This document shows, in pieces, positions 9,075 through 17,143 of a stretch of 21,053 bases of DNA. The notes under the pieces were generated by a model. That model was not told the DNA's origin. It saw only the letters and a program-made list of their open reading frames with translations, and did not search any database. The DNA is taken from positions 1 through 21,053 of the forward strand of contig JAFGWG010000136.1 of NCBI GenBank assembly GCA_016937255.1, read 5' to 3'. Source of the stretch: Bacteroidales bacterium (GTDB lineage: Bacteria; Bacteroidota; Bacteroidia; Bacteroidales; DTU049). The position numbers were made by a program, and so were the translations under genes. The number at the start of each line of letters is the position of its first letter. Positions within the stretch are counted from its first letter, which is position 1.

Positions 9075-10337
9075 TTATTTTCCAAAAGTTCTAAGATAAT
9101 TGTATTGAGCTTTACATAGCTGGATTTTATGCATTTCCAGAGCAACTGCTGCCATGGTTTTATTATTCAGATGCCTCAAGTACTCGTCGGCAGTAATAAC
9201 ACCATTTTGAAACTGAGACTCATAAGATTTGATAATTGATTCTCTGAGCTGAAAAATTTCTTGATCGGTTTGCAATTGAGTTTGAAGATTCTCGATATTC
9301 TGCCATAATCGTGTGCGTGAAAGCTCCATATTGAGCATATAGCTTTCCTTTTGCACTTCCAAGATTTGCCTTTGCACTTGAATGGCATCTATTTCAGTAT
9401 TGTTTTTACCACCAGACCAAAGAGACCAGGTAGCCTTTACGCCAACAAAATAATAACTGTCAAAGCTATTGGTAAACATATTCAGGCCAGGCCGGCCATA
9501 ACCAAATTGTGCGAAAGCACCTACTTTTGGCATTTTTCTGACTTTCATCAAGTCCATACTACCAGCCAACTTCGTATCGTTTAGTTCAAATAGTCTTAAT
9601 TCAGGGGTTTCCAACATGAAATTCTCCTGTACCACAAAATTGTCGGGCATGGTGAATTCAGTACTGGCATTCAATGGCAGCTTTGTTAACTGCTGAAGCA
9701 GCTGAATATTTGCTTCAATTAATCCATTTAGCTCTGATATCTTCTGATTCAGACTCAGTTTTTCCACCAATAATTGATCAAGCGTGCTTTGTAAAACCAC
9801 ACCATTTTTTACTCCTGATTCAATAATTGAAATTTGCTTATCAAGATCTGAAAGCATCAACTCAAGTTGCTCTTTACTTTTCTCGAGGCTCAAAACAGAG
9901 AAGAATATATCCGTACTTAATATTTCAATTTCTTTAAGGCTTATGTTTATTTCTTCCTGCTGAACCTGTAAATCTGTATATTCGAGATCTTTTCTAGCAG
10001 AGCTATAGCCGCCATCGTAAATCACTTGATTAATGTCAAGGCTGGCTTTATATTGATCCTTGTATAAATCAGGAATTTCAACCCCGGGAATATTTATCGG
10101 CAATGAAGTGACATCACTCTGATATGTTCCCTGAGCATTTAATGTGACAGTAGGCATCCATGAAGCATTAACCGTTTTAAGTCTAAGATCAACAAGCTGT
10201 TCATTGAGAACATTCATTTTTAGAAGCGGATAATTATTTCTGGAAGCAGAAACCACTTCATCGAGACCTATGCTTTGCGCCGATAAGTTTAGGGCAAAAA
10301 CGAGGACGGACAGAAACAATGGAATTCTACTCAACAT
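9075..10337 (-). CDS. TolC-family outer membrane efflux protein
   Basis: Signal peptide MLSRIPLFLSVLVFALNLSAQS. 420 aa with two internally repeated halves of alternating beta-strand and long helical coiled-coil segments, typical of outer membrane factors. It overlaps the TetR gene by 11 nt. Confidence 0.8.
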   Translation of the reverse strand: MLSRIPLFLSVLVFALNLSAQSIGLDEVVSASRNNYPLLKMNVLNEQLVDLRLKTVNASWMPTVTLNAQGTYQSDVTSLPINIPGVEIPDLYKDQYKASLDINQVIYDGGYSSARKDLEYTDLQVQQEEINISLKEIEILSTDIFFSVLSLEKSKEQLELMLSDLDKQISIIESGVKNGVVLQSTLDQLLVEKLSLNQKISELNGLIEANIQLLQQLTKLPLNASTEFTMPDNFVVQENFMLETPELRLFELNDTKLAGSMDLMKVRKMPKVGAFAQFGYGRPGLNMFTNSFDSYYFVGVKATWSLWSGGKNNTEIDAIQVQRQILEVQKESYMLNMELSRTRLWQNIENLQTQLQTDQEIFQLRESIIKSYESQFQNGVITADEYLRHLNNKTMAAVALEMHKIQLCKAQYNYLRTFGK

Positions 10338-10950
10338 AATCCAACCCTTTTAATGTAAATTCAACAATAAATTCTTTTCTATTTTTGAAAAAATCACGCA
10401 TTTTTTCTTCGTCACCATCCATCATAACACCCTGAATAATAGGTTTTCCAATAAATGGGAAAAGGCTCATTCCGATAAGAGAAACAATAAGCTGAACTGG
10501 GTCGACTGGTCTAATGTAACCTTGTTCCACTTGACTATTTATAAAAAGCTTCAGCATATTGATATCAAAACCACTTTTCTTCATCATATCTACCACAACT
10601 TCGGGCATTCTGTGAATTTCGCGTACCACAAATACTGGCAAATTGGGGTTTTCTATCATTATTTCGTGGTATGAATCAACAAAAATTCCAACGATATCTC
10701 GAAATGAAACCGGTCCACTTATCGCCTCTTTCATTCGGGGAACTAGTTTTGATAATGCTTCCACGAATATACCCATAAAGAGTTTCTCTTTCGACCTAAA
10801 ATAATAGTGCAGCAATGCCTTATTAATTCCTGCATAATCAGCAATTTCTTGCATTCGTGTTCCCTCATATCCTTTGTCGAGGAAAATCTCTCGTGCAGCT
10901 TTAAGAATTTTCTTTTCTGCACTATCTTTTGAATCATTTTCGTTTACCAT
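10327..10950 (-). CDS. TetR/AcrR family transcriptional regulator, first gene of the efflux operon
   Basis: N-terminal HTH signature ILKAAREIFLDKGYEGTRMQEIADYAGINKALLHYYFRSKEKLF. 207 aa with an all-helical ligand-binding domain. Confidence 0.85.
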   Translation of the reverse strand: MVNENDSKDSAEKKILKAAREIFLDKGYEGTRMQEIADYAGINKALLHYYFRSKEKLFMGIFVEALSKLVPRMKEAISGPVSFRDIVGIFVDSYHEIMIENPNLPVFVVREIHRMPEVVVDMMKKSGFDINMLKLFINSQVEQGYIRPVDPVQLIVSLIGMSLFPFIGKPIIQGVMMDGDEEKMRDFFKNRKEFIVEFTLKGLDYVE

Positions 10951-10963
10951 GTGATTTATCCTT

Positions 10964-10976
10964 TTGGTTTAACCAA
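10964..10976. promoter_or_regulatory. Palindrome TTGGTT-T-AACCAA in the 5' leader of the TetR-efflux operon (candidate TetR operator)
   Basis: 6-bp perfect inverted-repeat arms with a 1-nt centre. It lies between the predicted -7 box and the TetR start codon. Confidence 0.3.
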
Positions 10977-10981
10977 GCGGT

Positions 10982-11012
10982 CAAAGATAATACACACTTT
11001 TGAACCTGCAAA
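10982..11012 (-). promoter_or_regulatory. Bacteroidota sigma-AB-type promoter for the TetR-efflux operon (-33 TTTG, 19-nt spacer, -7 TATCTTTG)
   Basis: Minus-strand read: TTTG (fwd 11009-11012), 19 nt, TATCTTTG (fwd 10982-10989), then about 31 nt to the ATG at 10950. Confidence 0.35.
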
Positions 11013-11086
11013 ATATTTAACACTTATAAACAACCTTGGCGCTGAAGATCAACATCTTAACTTTAGCAGTTTTTGAATATAAGTCT

Positions 11087-11098
11087 GATTCATGAATC
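11087..11098. promoter_or_regulatory. Perfect 12-bp palindrome GATTCATGAATC. The 10-mer ATGAATCCAT recurs as a direct repeat at 11092-11101 and 11158-11167.
   Basis: Self-complementary 12-mer. The direct repeats are 66 bp apart. Both lie in the 322-bp divergent intergenic region between TetR and the T9SS cargo gene. TTGTAAT x2 occurs at 11133-11146. Confidence 0.25.
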
Positions 11099-11272
11099 CA
11101 TACATCTTATTATTGTTTTAGAAATCATCAGGTTGTAATTTTGTAATGGGATAAATTATGAATCCATGAAAATATCAATGGTGTTTATATTTTTTAAATC
11201 CGTAGAGATAAAGAAAAAAACATTAAACTTCTGATTCAGTAATTTGTCCAATCATTAAGAATTTCAAGGGAT

Positions 11273-14002
11273 ATGCAAAAACTATTTACATTCATACTGC
11301 TTCTCATATTTGCTGGGGCAGTACATGCACAAGTTTTCTGGACTGAAGATTTCGGAACAGGGTGCAATCAGGGGCAACTGGCCAATGCTGTAGCAGGGTC
11401 AAATGGGACATGGGCGATAACAAGTACAGGCACCAATTCTGCTAATGCAAACACATGGTATATTTCTGCCGCAGAAAATGGCAACCCAGCAGGATCCTGT
11501 GGTTCTGGCTGTGGATCAGACAGAACCCTTCATCTGGGGAACATTGAACTACTTGGCGGATTTATTGCTGCTGATGGAGGCGCTAGTTATTATGCTGGAG
11601 GGTTAGGAGACCCAACTACTAATATCAGAGCCGAATCCCCAACCATAAATTGTACAGGGCGCAGCAATATAACTGTAGATTTCGTTTATATGGAGTATGG
11701 GGATGGCACAAATGATAATGCCACTATGTGGTATTATGATGGCAGCACATGGGCTCTACTTATTGATCTTCCTAAAACTCCTTTTGGATCATGTTCGCCA
11801 CAAGGGCTGTGGACAGCTTACTCAATAAACCTTCCAGCTACTGCTAATAATAATGCCAATGTGAAAATTGGTTTTAATTGGACCAATAATGCTGATAATG
11901 CCGGCACGGACCCATCTTTTGCTGTAGATGACATTTCATTAAGTGTACCCTCTGCTGGAACGCCTCCAATTGCAGATTTCGATGTTTCAGACACCACTCT
12001 TTGTGTAGGCGATTGTATAACATTCACAGATTTGAGTTCAAATACCCCAACAGGCTGGAGCTGGACTTTTCCTGGTGGAACACCAGGCAGTTCGGGAGTA
12101 CAAAACCCAGGAAGCATTTGCTACAATATTACCGGTGATTATGAAGCCAAACTGGTAGTAACAAATGCAAGTGGCAGCGATTCCATTACTCAAATGATTC
12201 ACGTTTTCGATTACCCAACTGCAGCAATATCTGCCAACGATACTACAATTTGTTTTGGTGATAATGTTACACTTACAGCCAGTGGAGGAGGAACATATCT
12301 TTGGGGAGGAAGTCAAACAAGTTCGGTAATCAATGAGACCCCTACTGGCAACACAACATATACGGTGACTGTAACCACAAATGGTTGCTCTGAGTCGGCA
12401 AGTCTCGATATTTTTGTCAATCCACTTCCATTGGTAAATATTACTGGAACAAATTCCATTTGTGACGGAGATACAACTACTCTTACAGGCAACAATGCAG
12501 ACTCTTATGCATGGAGCACAATTGAAAGCACCCCTTCCATTGATGTTCATCCTACAACAGACACATGGTACTATGTAACCGGAACCGATATTAATGGATG
12601 TGTAAATACTGACAGCATCGAAGTAACTGTAAATCCAACACCTACCGCTGTAATTAACGGCCCTGGGGCAATCTGCGTTGGAGACACTGCAACCCTTACT
12701 GCAAGTGGCGGAATAGGTTCATACACCTATGCATGGAATGGGGGTGGAGGAACATCTTCAATAGATGTAAATCCAACAACATCAACAAACTACTACGTAA
12801 CCGTTAGTGCTGGATCATGTTCAGATTCAGCATCATACACCCTAAATGTAGATACACTTCCCATTATAGGTATTACCGGAGATGCTGTAATCTGTGAAAA
12901 CGACACAGCAAACCTTGCCGCAAATGGCGGTCTCACCGGAAATTATGTCTGGAGCTATCTGGGATTAACAACAGATAACATTAATGTAACACCTTCATTA
13001 ACTACAACATATATTGTAACTGGAAGCGATGGAAACTGCTCTAACACAGCAACATTTATGGTAACCGTAAACCCTGCACCCAATATAATTATTAACGGCA
13101 CAACAAGCATTTGTGACGGAGACAGTACTACGTTAACTGCATCAGGCGCGACCACCTATTCCTGGAGCAATGGAGGATCTAATGCATCAACAACTGTTTC
13201 GCCTACAGGAACTACAACTTACACGGTTTCAGGCACATCAGGAGGGTGTGAAGGAACAGCAAGTGTTCAGGTAACCGTAAATCCATTGCCCAATGCATCA
13301 ATAAATGGAGACACCGTGATTTGTTTTGGGGAAACCGCGACATTAACGTCGTCGGGTGGCAGCACGTACCTTTGGAACACAACGCAAACCACCTCAAGCA
13401 TTGGCGTAAATCCAACCAATTCGCAAACATACACCGTTACCGTAAGCAATGGTCCATGTGCAGATACAGCAAGCATATTTGTTTTAGTACATCCCCTGCC
13501 TTTAGCAGATGCCGGGAACGACACTACAATTTTGTATGGCTCACCAGCATATCTAAATGGTAGCGGAGGAATTACTTATTCATGGAGCCCAGACGATGAT
13601 CTTTCCTGCAACAACTGTTCTGATCCAACTGCCACACCTGAAACCTCAACACAATATACGCTTTTAGTTACCGACGCAAATGGATGTAGTAATAGTGATG
13701 AAGTTTGGGTTTTTGTAGAATATAATTGCGGAGATATTTTTATTCCTACAGCGTTCTCTCCTAATAATGATGGCTATAACGATATCCTAATTGTACGCGG
13801 AAACTGCATAGAAACTATCGTTTTTAAGGTCTTTGATCGTTGGGGAGAGAAAGTCTTCGAAACTAAAGTCCCCGGTGAAGGCTGGGATGGAACCTTTAAA
13901 GGTCAAGCCATGAACGGAGGCGTATTCTCGCTATATTACAGTGGAACGCAAATCGATGGAACAACATTTAGCGGTCAGGGAACAGTTACATTAATTCGAT
14001 AA
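11273..14002 (+). CDS. T9SS type-B C-terminal-domain protein, a multi-domain cell-surface/adhesin-like cargo: unassigned N-terminal domain, PKD-like domain, seven Ig-like repeats and a gliding-motility-associated C-terminal domain
   Basis: Signal peptide MQKLFTFILLLIFAGAVHAQ. A PKD-like WSWTFPGGTPGSS segment lies at about aa 229-313. Seven tandem ~70-aa repeats each carry IC.GD(S/T).TLTA.GG..Y.W ... NGC. The C-terminal ~90 aa (CGDIFIPTAFSPNNDGYNDILIV...WGEKVFE...W.G) matches the type-B (CHU_C/SprB-like) T9SS sorting domain. Confidence 0.85.
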   Translation: MQKLFTFILLLIFAGAVHAQVFWTEDFGTGCNQGQLANAVAGSNGTWAITSTGTNSANANTWYISAAENGNPAGSCGSGCGSDRTLHLGNIELLGGFIAADGGASYYAGGLGDPTTNIRAESPTINCTGRSNITVDFVYMEYGDGTNDNATMWYYDGSTWALLIDLPKTPFGSCSPQGLWTAYSINLPATANNNANVKIGFNWTNNADNAGTDPSFAVDDISLSVPSAGTPPIADFDVSDTTLCVGDCITFTDLSSNTPTGWSWTFPGGTPGSSGVQNPGSICYNITGDYEAKLVVTNASGSDSITQMIHVFDYPTAAISANDTTICFGDNVTLTASGGGTYLWGGSQTSSVINETPTGNTTYTVTVTTNGCSESASLDIFVNPLPLVNITGTNSICDGDTTTLTGNNADSYAWSTIESTPSIDVHPTTDTWYYVTGTDINGCVNTDSIEVTVNPTPTAVINGPGAICVGDTATLTASGGIGSYTYAWNGGGGTSSIDVNPTTSTNYYVTVSAGSCSDSASYTLNVDTLPIIGITGDAVICENDTANLAANGGLTGNYVWSYLGLTTDNINVTPSLTTTYIVTGSDGNCSNTATFMVTVNPAPNIIINGTTSICDGDSTTLTASGATTYSWSNGGSNASTTVSPTGTTTYTVSGTSGGCEGTASVQVTVNPLPNASINGDTVICFGETATLTSSGGSTYLWNTTQTTSSIGVNPTNSQTYTVTVSNGPCADTASIFVLVHPLPLADAGNDTTILYGSPAYLNGSGGITYSWSPDDDLSCNNCSDPTATPETSTQYTLLVTDANGCSNSDEVWVFVEYNCGDIFIPTAFSPNNDGYNDILIVRGNCIETIVFKVFDRWGEKVFETKVPGEGWDGTFKGQAMNGGVFSLYYSGTQIDGTTFSGQGTVTLIR
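12215..13733 (+). repeat. Seven tandem, diverged ~210-bp units encoding ~70-aa Ig-like domains inside the T9SS cargo gene
   Basis: In the translated frame each unit has the same Cys/Gly/Asp/Trp skeleton. The DNA-level repeats have diverged to 50-60% identity or less, so this is not a CRISPR array or a recent duplication. Confidence 0.7.
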
Positions 14003-14012
14003 TACAGGCATC

Positions 14013-15044
14013 ATGAAAAAGATATTTTTACTAAGCGGAATACTATTGGTGGCAATTTTTTCACATGCCCAAGACCCTCATTTTACACAATACAATATGC
14101 CTGCAATGTTTTTGAATCCTGCACTTACGGGCAATTACAATGGCGACTTTCGGGCAGATATTAATTATCGAGACCAATGGCGAAGTGTTGCCGAACCCTT
14201 TACCACTTATCAATTGTCAGCCGACGCCCCGGTTAGTCGTTCAAATAATGCGCAATTCAGTATTGGCGGTTATGTTATGAGCGATAAATCCGGAGCTTCT
14301 GAATTCAGCCAGACTATTGCCGGAATAAACCTCGGTGCGGGTGTCAGACTAAACTCAGTATCTTCACTTTCTGCGGGAATTGGTGGGGGGATCATCTCTC
14401 AAAACGTAAATATGGCTAATTTGAGCTGGGACAGCCAATACAATGGCATGCAATATGATCCTGCTCTTGAAACGCATGAAAGTGCATCCCTTCTAAATGC
14501 AACAGGTATTGACCTAAATGCAGGAATTGTGTATAAATTTATGAGTGGATCCCGAAATCCTTATTATAACGACGGAGTAAAAGGCACAATTGGAATTGCG
14601 GCTTTCCACCTAACAAGTCCTGAGCAAATTACATCCATTCTTGAAGATAAACGATATGCTAAAATTGTTGCACATGCAGATTTCAGCATTGGCATAAGTG
14701 GTTCAAACACAGCTATTCAGCCCAGTTTTCTGTTTATGACTCAGGGTTCATCGACTATGATTATGCTAGGTCTTTCTTTTAGATATTTGTTAAAAGAATC
14801 TTCACGCTATACCGGCTTCATTAAAAGTAGTGCTTTTACCGTTGGAGGACATTATCGCGTTGGAGATGCTATCGCCTTTACATCAATGATTGAATTTTCG
14901 AATTTTGCCATTGGATTTAGCTACGATATCAATGCCAGCGGACTGAGTAAAGCCAGCAATGGAGCGGGAGCTTTAGAACTTGCACTTAGATTTGTAACTC
15001 CAGCACCAAATAAGGCCAGATTGGGAAATAATCCGTTGTATTAA
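14013..15044 (+). CDS. PorP/SprF-family type IX secretion outer-membrane beta-barrel protein, the cognate partner of the upstream type-B cargo
   Basis: Signal peptide, then the hallmark N-terminal block QDPHFTQYNMPAMFLNPALTGN found in SprF/PorP. 343 aa with an alternating beta-strand pattern. Starts 10 nt after the cargo stop. Confidence 0.8.
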   Translation: MKKIFLLSGILLVAIFSHAQDPHFTQYNMPAMFLNPALTGNYNGDFRADINYRDQWRSVAEPFTTYQLSADAPVSRSNNAQFSIGGYVMSDKSGASEFSQTIAGINLGAGVRLNSVSSLSAGIGGGIISQNVNMANLSWDSQYNGMQYDPALETHESASLLNATGIDLNAGIVYKFMSGSRNPYYNDGVKGTIGIAAFHLTSPEQITSILEDKRYAKIVAHADFSIGISGSNTAIQPSFLFMTQGSSTMIMLGLSFRYLLKESSRYTGFIKSSAFTVGGHYRVGDAIAFTSMIEFSNFAIGFSYDINASGLSKASNGAGALELALRFVTPAPNKARLGNNPLY

Positions 15045-15045
15045 G

Positions 15046-17082
15046 CTACTGTTCTCTAACTTCTCCTTCATTTATCACCTTAGATCCTTCTTTAGGAATA
15101 ATGGCAGCACCATCTTCCATAATTATCTCTGCACCAGGCATAATATGTAGAATGGACTGATTTCTGAGAATTATTTTTGATTTCTTCTTCATTAAAATTT
15201 TTGCACCGGGCATCACTTTGAAATATGTCGGGGAGTTGAAATACTTTCGACCTTCATAAGAAATAACAGAATCTATTCTAGTAGGAGTTTGACCAAAATC
15301 TAGCGTTAGAGTCACTCTTTTTTCAATCACGAGATCAAACTCTTCAGGCATATTTGGCAGAATAATTTCAGGGGCACACCAACGAATATCATTCTCTACT
15401 AAATGATTATTACTGCGCACACGAACTAAAACATCGCCAGGAGAGGGGCAATCTTCAGATACAATTTCAACGCTCAAACCATTGAGATATATAATTCTGT
15501 TATTTGGCTTTCCACCGTTCAAAATATCTTTGTCATCATTTACAAAAGTGAGCACATTTACAGATGAAGGATTCCCATCAATACTAATACCCATATTATA
15601 ATCAAGGCGATATGCAAATTCCTCTTCTCCAAGATACGGCAGATTAAAGTTATAAGAACTGCCAATTTTTTCCATATTTAAGTCGCGCTTCTCTTTCTCT
15701 CCAATGAAATCATCATTATTTAAATCTACAGCTACAAATTCTGCAACATTATTTCCACTTAAGGGATTAGCAAACTTCTGTACTCGAATAAAAGGATAAT
15801 TCACCGCATTATTTACACACCATGGGTTTTGCACCATTGTATCGCCCCATTGAATGTCGTAGTTTCCAGATGCTGGCAATGGACGAATAAAATCGGCATA
15901 ACCCTTAAAAATATCTTTCCCTTCGGTCTGCTCATGAGAAACCTGAATAAATGCATATAATCCAGGTAAAGCATTTTCTATGCAATCGCGATCCTGATAT
16001 TGAAAAACATCAAATGGGCTACCATTTAAGGCTTCTGTATTGTGATTCTCAATCCAAAGATATTGCGGAAATTCGTCTTCAGGAATATATGGCAGTTGAA
16101 TACGAATTGCATCACCCGTCGTTTGAAAATCTCTAAGTACAACCAGATTATCAATCACACTATCCTCTGGGCTAAAGTCAGTAATTAATTCCTTTCCAAG
16201 TGTATCATGAGCAGAAATATAAAACTCTTTTTCAGGAATTTTCCAACCCAGCCTATATCGATCATAGGCATTACAAGTCATCAACGATTTATTGGCGGAA
16301 CCCATCATCCCCCACCCACCCTCAAAAGAAAGAAACATTTGAGGACCGCTACCTATATGATTGCCCCCACAGCAGTGCTGGTTATTCCCTCCAAACAAAA
16401 GATGGTTAAACTCATGCAATAAAATATGCAGTGGTGAAATATTACGCGTTGCAAAAACACTATACGAATCCGATTTCACTACACCTCCAGTTCTAATGGT
16501 TCCCGGACTTGCATACCCCCCAAGATTACTCGGATATATACAATTTCGAACAATAAACATAATATGATCGAACGATAATTCAGATTCCGGGTTTTTCAAT
16601 TCCTTGAGATGACCTGACTTTCCTTTTTCCCATAAATCAAAGCTATCGGCAGGCAGTGAATGTAAAGTAGTAAAACCTTTTTCCCAGGCTTCTTTTATAA
16701 TATCACCAGGGCTAATACTCCCATTCGACTTAAATTGAAAAGGGCGATCGGGATTCACGGGATCAAGAAGAATATCGCCACTAACCTGGAAATCGCCAAA
16801 CGAACTTTCGCGGTAAAAACGACTTACCATGGCATTCGGATCAGAACCACTGCTATACTCAAAAAGCGAATTAGCCCAAATTGGATATTCGCCAGCTTTC
16901 CACTCACTATTTGCATCCGGAGGATATTTATCTCCATCAGGATATTGAATTTCTACAAATACAAGCAAAATGCGAATATGACCGTGGGGATTAATATCAC
17001 TGCCATTATCAGTTTGCAATTGTGCAAATGAATGAAGAGAAAAGAAAACTGAAACAACAAGAATGATGAATATTCTAAGCAT
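15046..17082 (-). CDS. Secreted protein with an HEXXH motif, likely a zinc metallopeptidase of unassigned family
   Basis: Signal peptide MLRIFIILVVSVFFSLHSFAQ. HEFNH lies at aa 223-227 (nt 16402-16416), followed by GGNNQHCCGGNH and a possible third ligand Glu about 25 aa downstream (SFEGGWG). 678 aa. No recognizable T9SS C-terminal domain. Family assignment needs a profile search. Confidence 0.55.
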   Translation of the reverse strand: MLRIFIILVVSVFFSLHSFAQLQTDNGSDINPHGHIRILLVFVEIQYPDGDKYPPDANSEWKAGEYPIWANSLFEYSSGSDPNAMVSRFYRESSFGDFQVSGDILLDPVNPDRPFQFKSNGSISPGDIIKEAWEKGFTTLHSLPADSFDLWEKGKSGHLKELKNPESELSFDHIMFIVRNCIYPSNLGGYASPGTIRTGGVVKSDSYSVFATRNISPLHILLHEFNHLLFGGNNQHCCGGNHIGSGPQMFLSFEGGWGMMGSANKSLMTCNAYDRYRLGWKIPEKEFYISAHDTLGKELITDFSPEDSVIDNLVVLRDFQTTGDAIRIQLPYIPEDEFPQYLWIENHNTEALNGSPFDVFQYQDRDCIENALPGLYAFIQVSHEQTEGKDIFKGYADFIRPLPASGNYDIQWGDTMVQNPWCVNNAVNYPFIRVQKFANPLSGNNVAEFVAVDLNNDDFIGEKEKRDLNMEKIGSSYNFNLPYLGEEEFAYRLDYNMGISIDGNPSSVNVLTFVNDDKDILNGGKPNNRIIYLNGLSVEIVSEDCPSPGDVLVRVRSNNHLVENDIRWCAPEIILPNMPEEFDLVIEKRVTLTLDFGQTPTRIDSVISYEGRKYFNSPTYFKVMPGAKILMKKKSKIILRNQSILHIMPGAEIIMEDGAAIIPKEGSKVINEGEVREQ

Positions 17083-17120
17083 TTACAAATATAAGTAATC
17101 GACAAATAAATATCTCTGTT

Positions 17121-17128
17121 TATCTTTG
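17121..17128 (+). promoter_or_regulatory. -7 box TATCTTTG (TAnnTTTG) 15 nt upstream of the pheT start. The minus-strand motif TATATTTG (fwd 17085-17092) sits 2 nt upstream of the divergent metallopeptidase ATG.
   Basis: Exact consensus matches on both strands of the 61-bp divergent intergenic region. The -33 elements are unclear. Confidence 0.3.
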
Positions 17129-17143
17129 TAAAAAATTCCTGGC

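Noticed and set aside
12038-12550. 170-aa Cys-rich minus-strand ORF inside the T9SS cargo gene, and other 60-100 aa antisense ORFs at 11818-13563
   Set aside because: They are antisense to a repeat-rich Thr/Gly/Asn-biased coding region. The sense-strand protein has a clear domain architecture and the antisense products look random.
12215-13733. Possible CRISPR-like or satellite periodic array
   Set aside because: The ~210-bp periodicity is protein-domain periodicity from seven diverged Ig-like repeats within one continuous ORF. There are no identical short direct repeats or spacers.
16735-17031. 98-aa plus-strand ORF, and the 67-aa ORF at 16953-17156, near the metallopeptidase start
   Set aside because: They are antisense to or overlapping the metallopeptidase N-terminus and the divergent promoter region. 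They are AT-rich chance frames.
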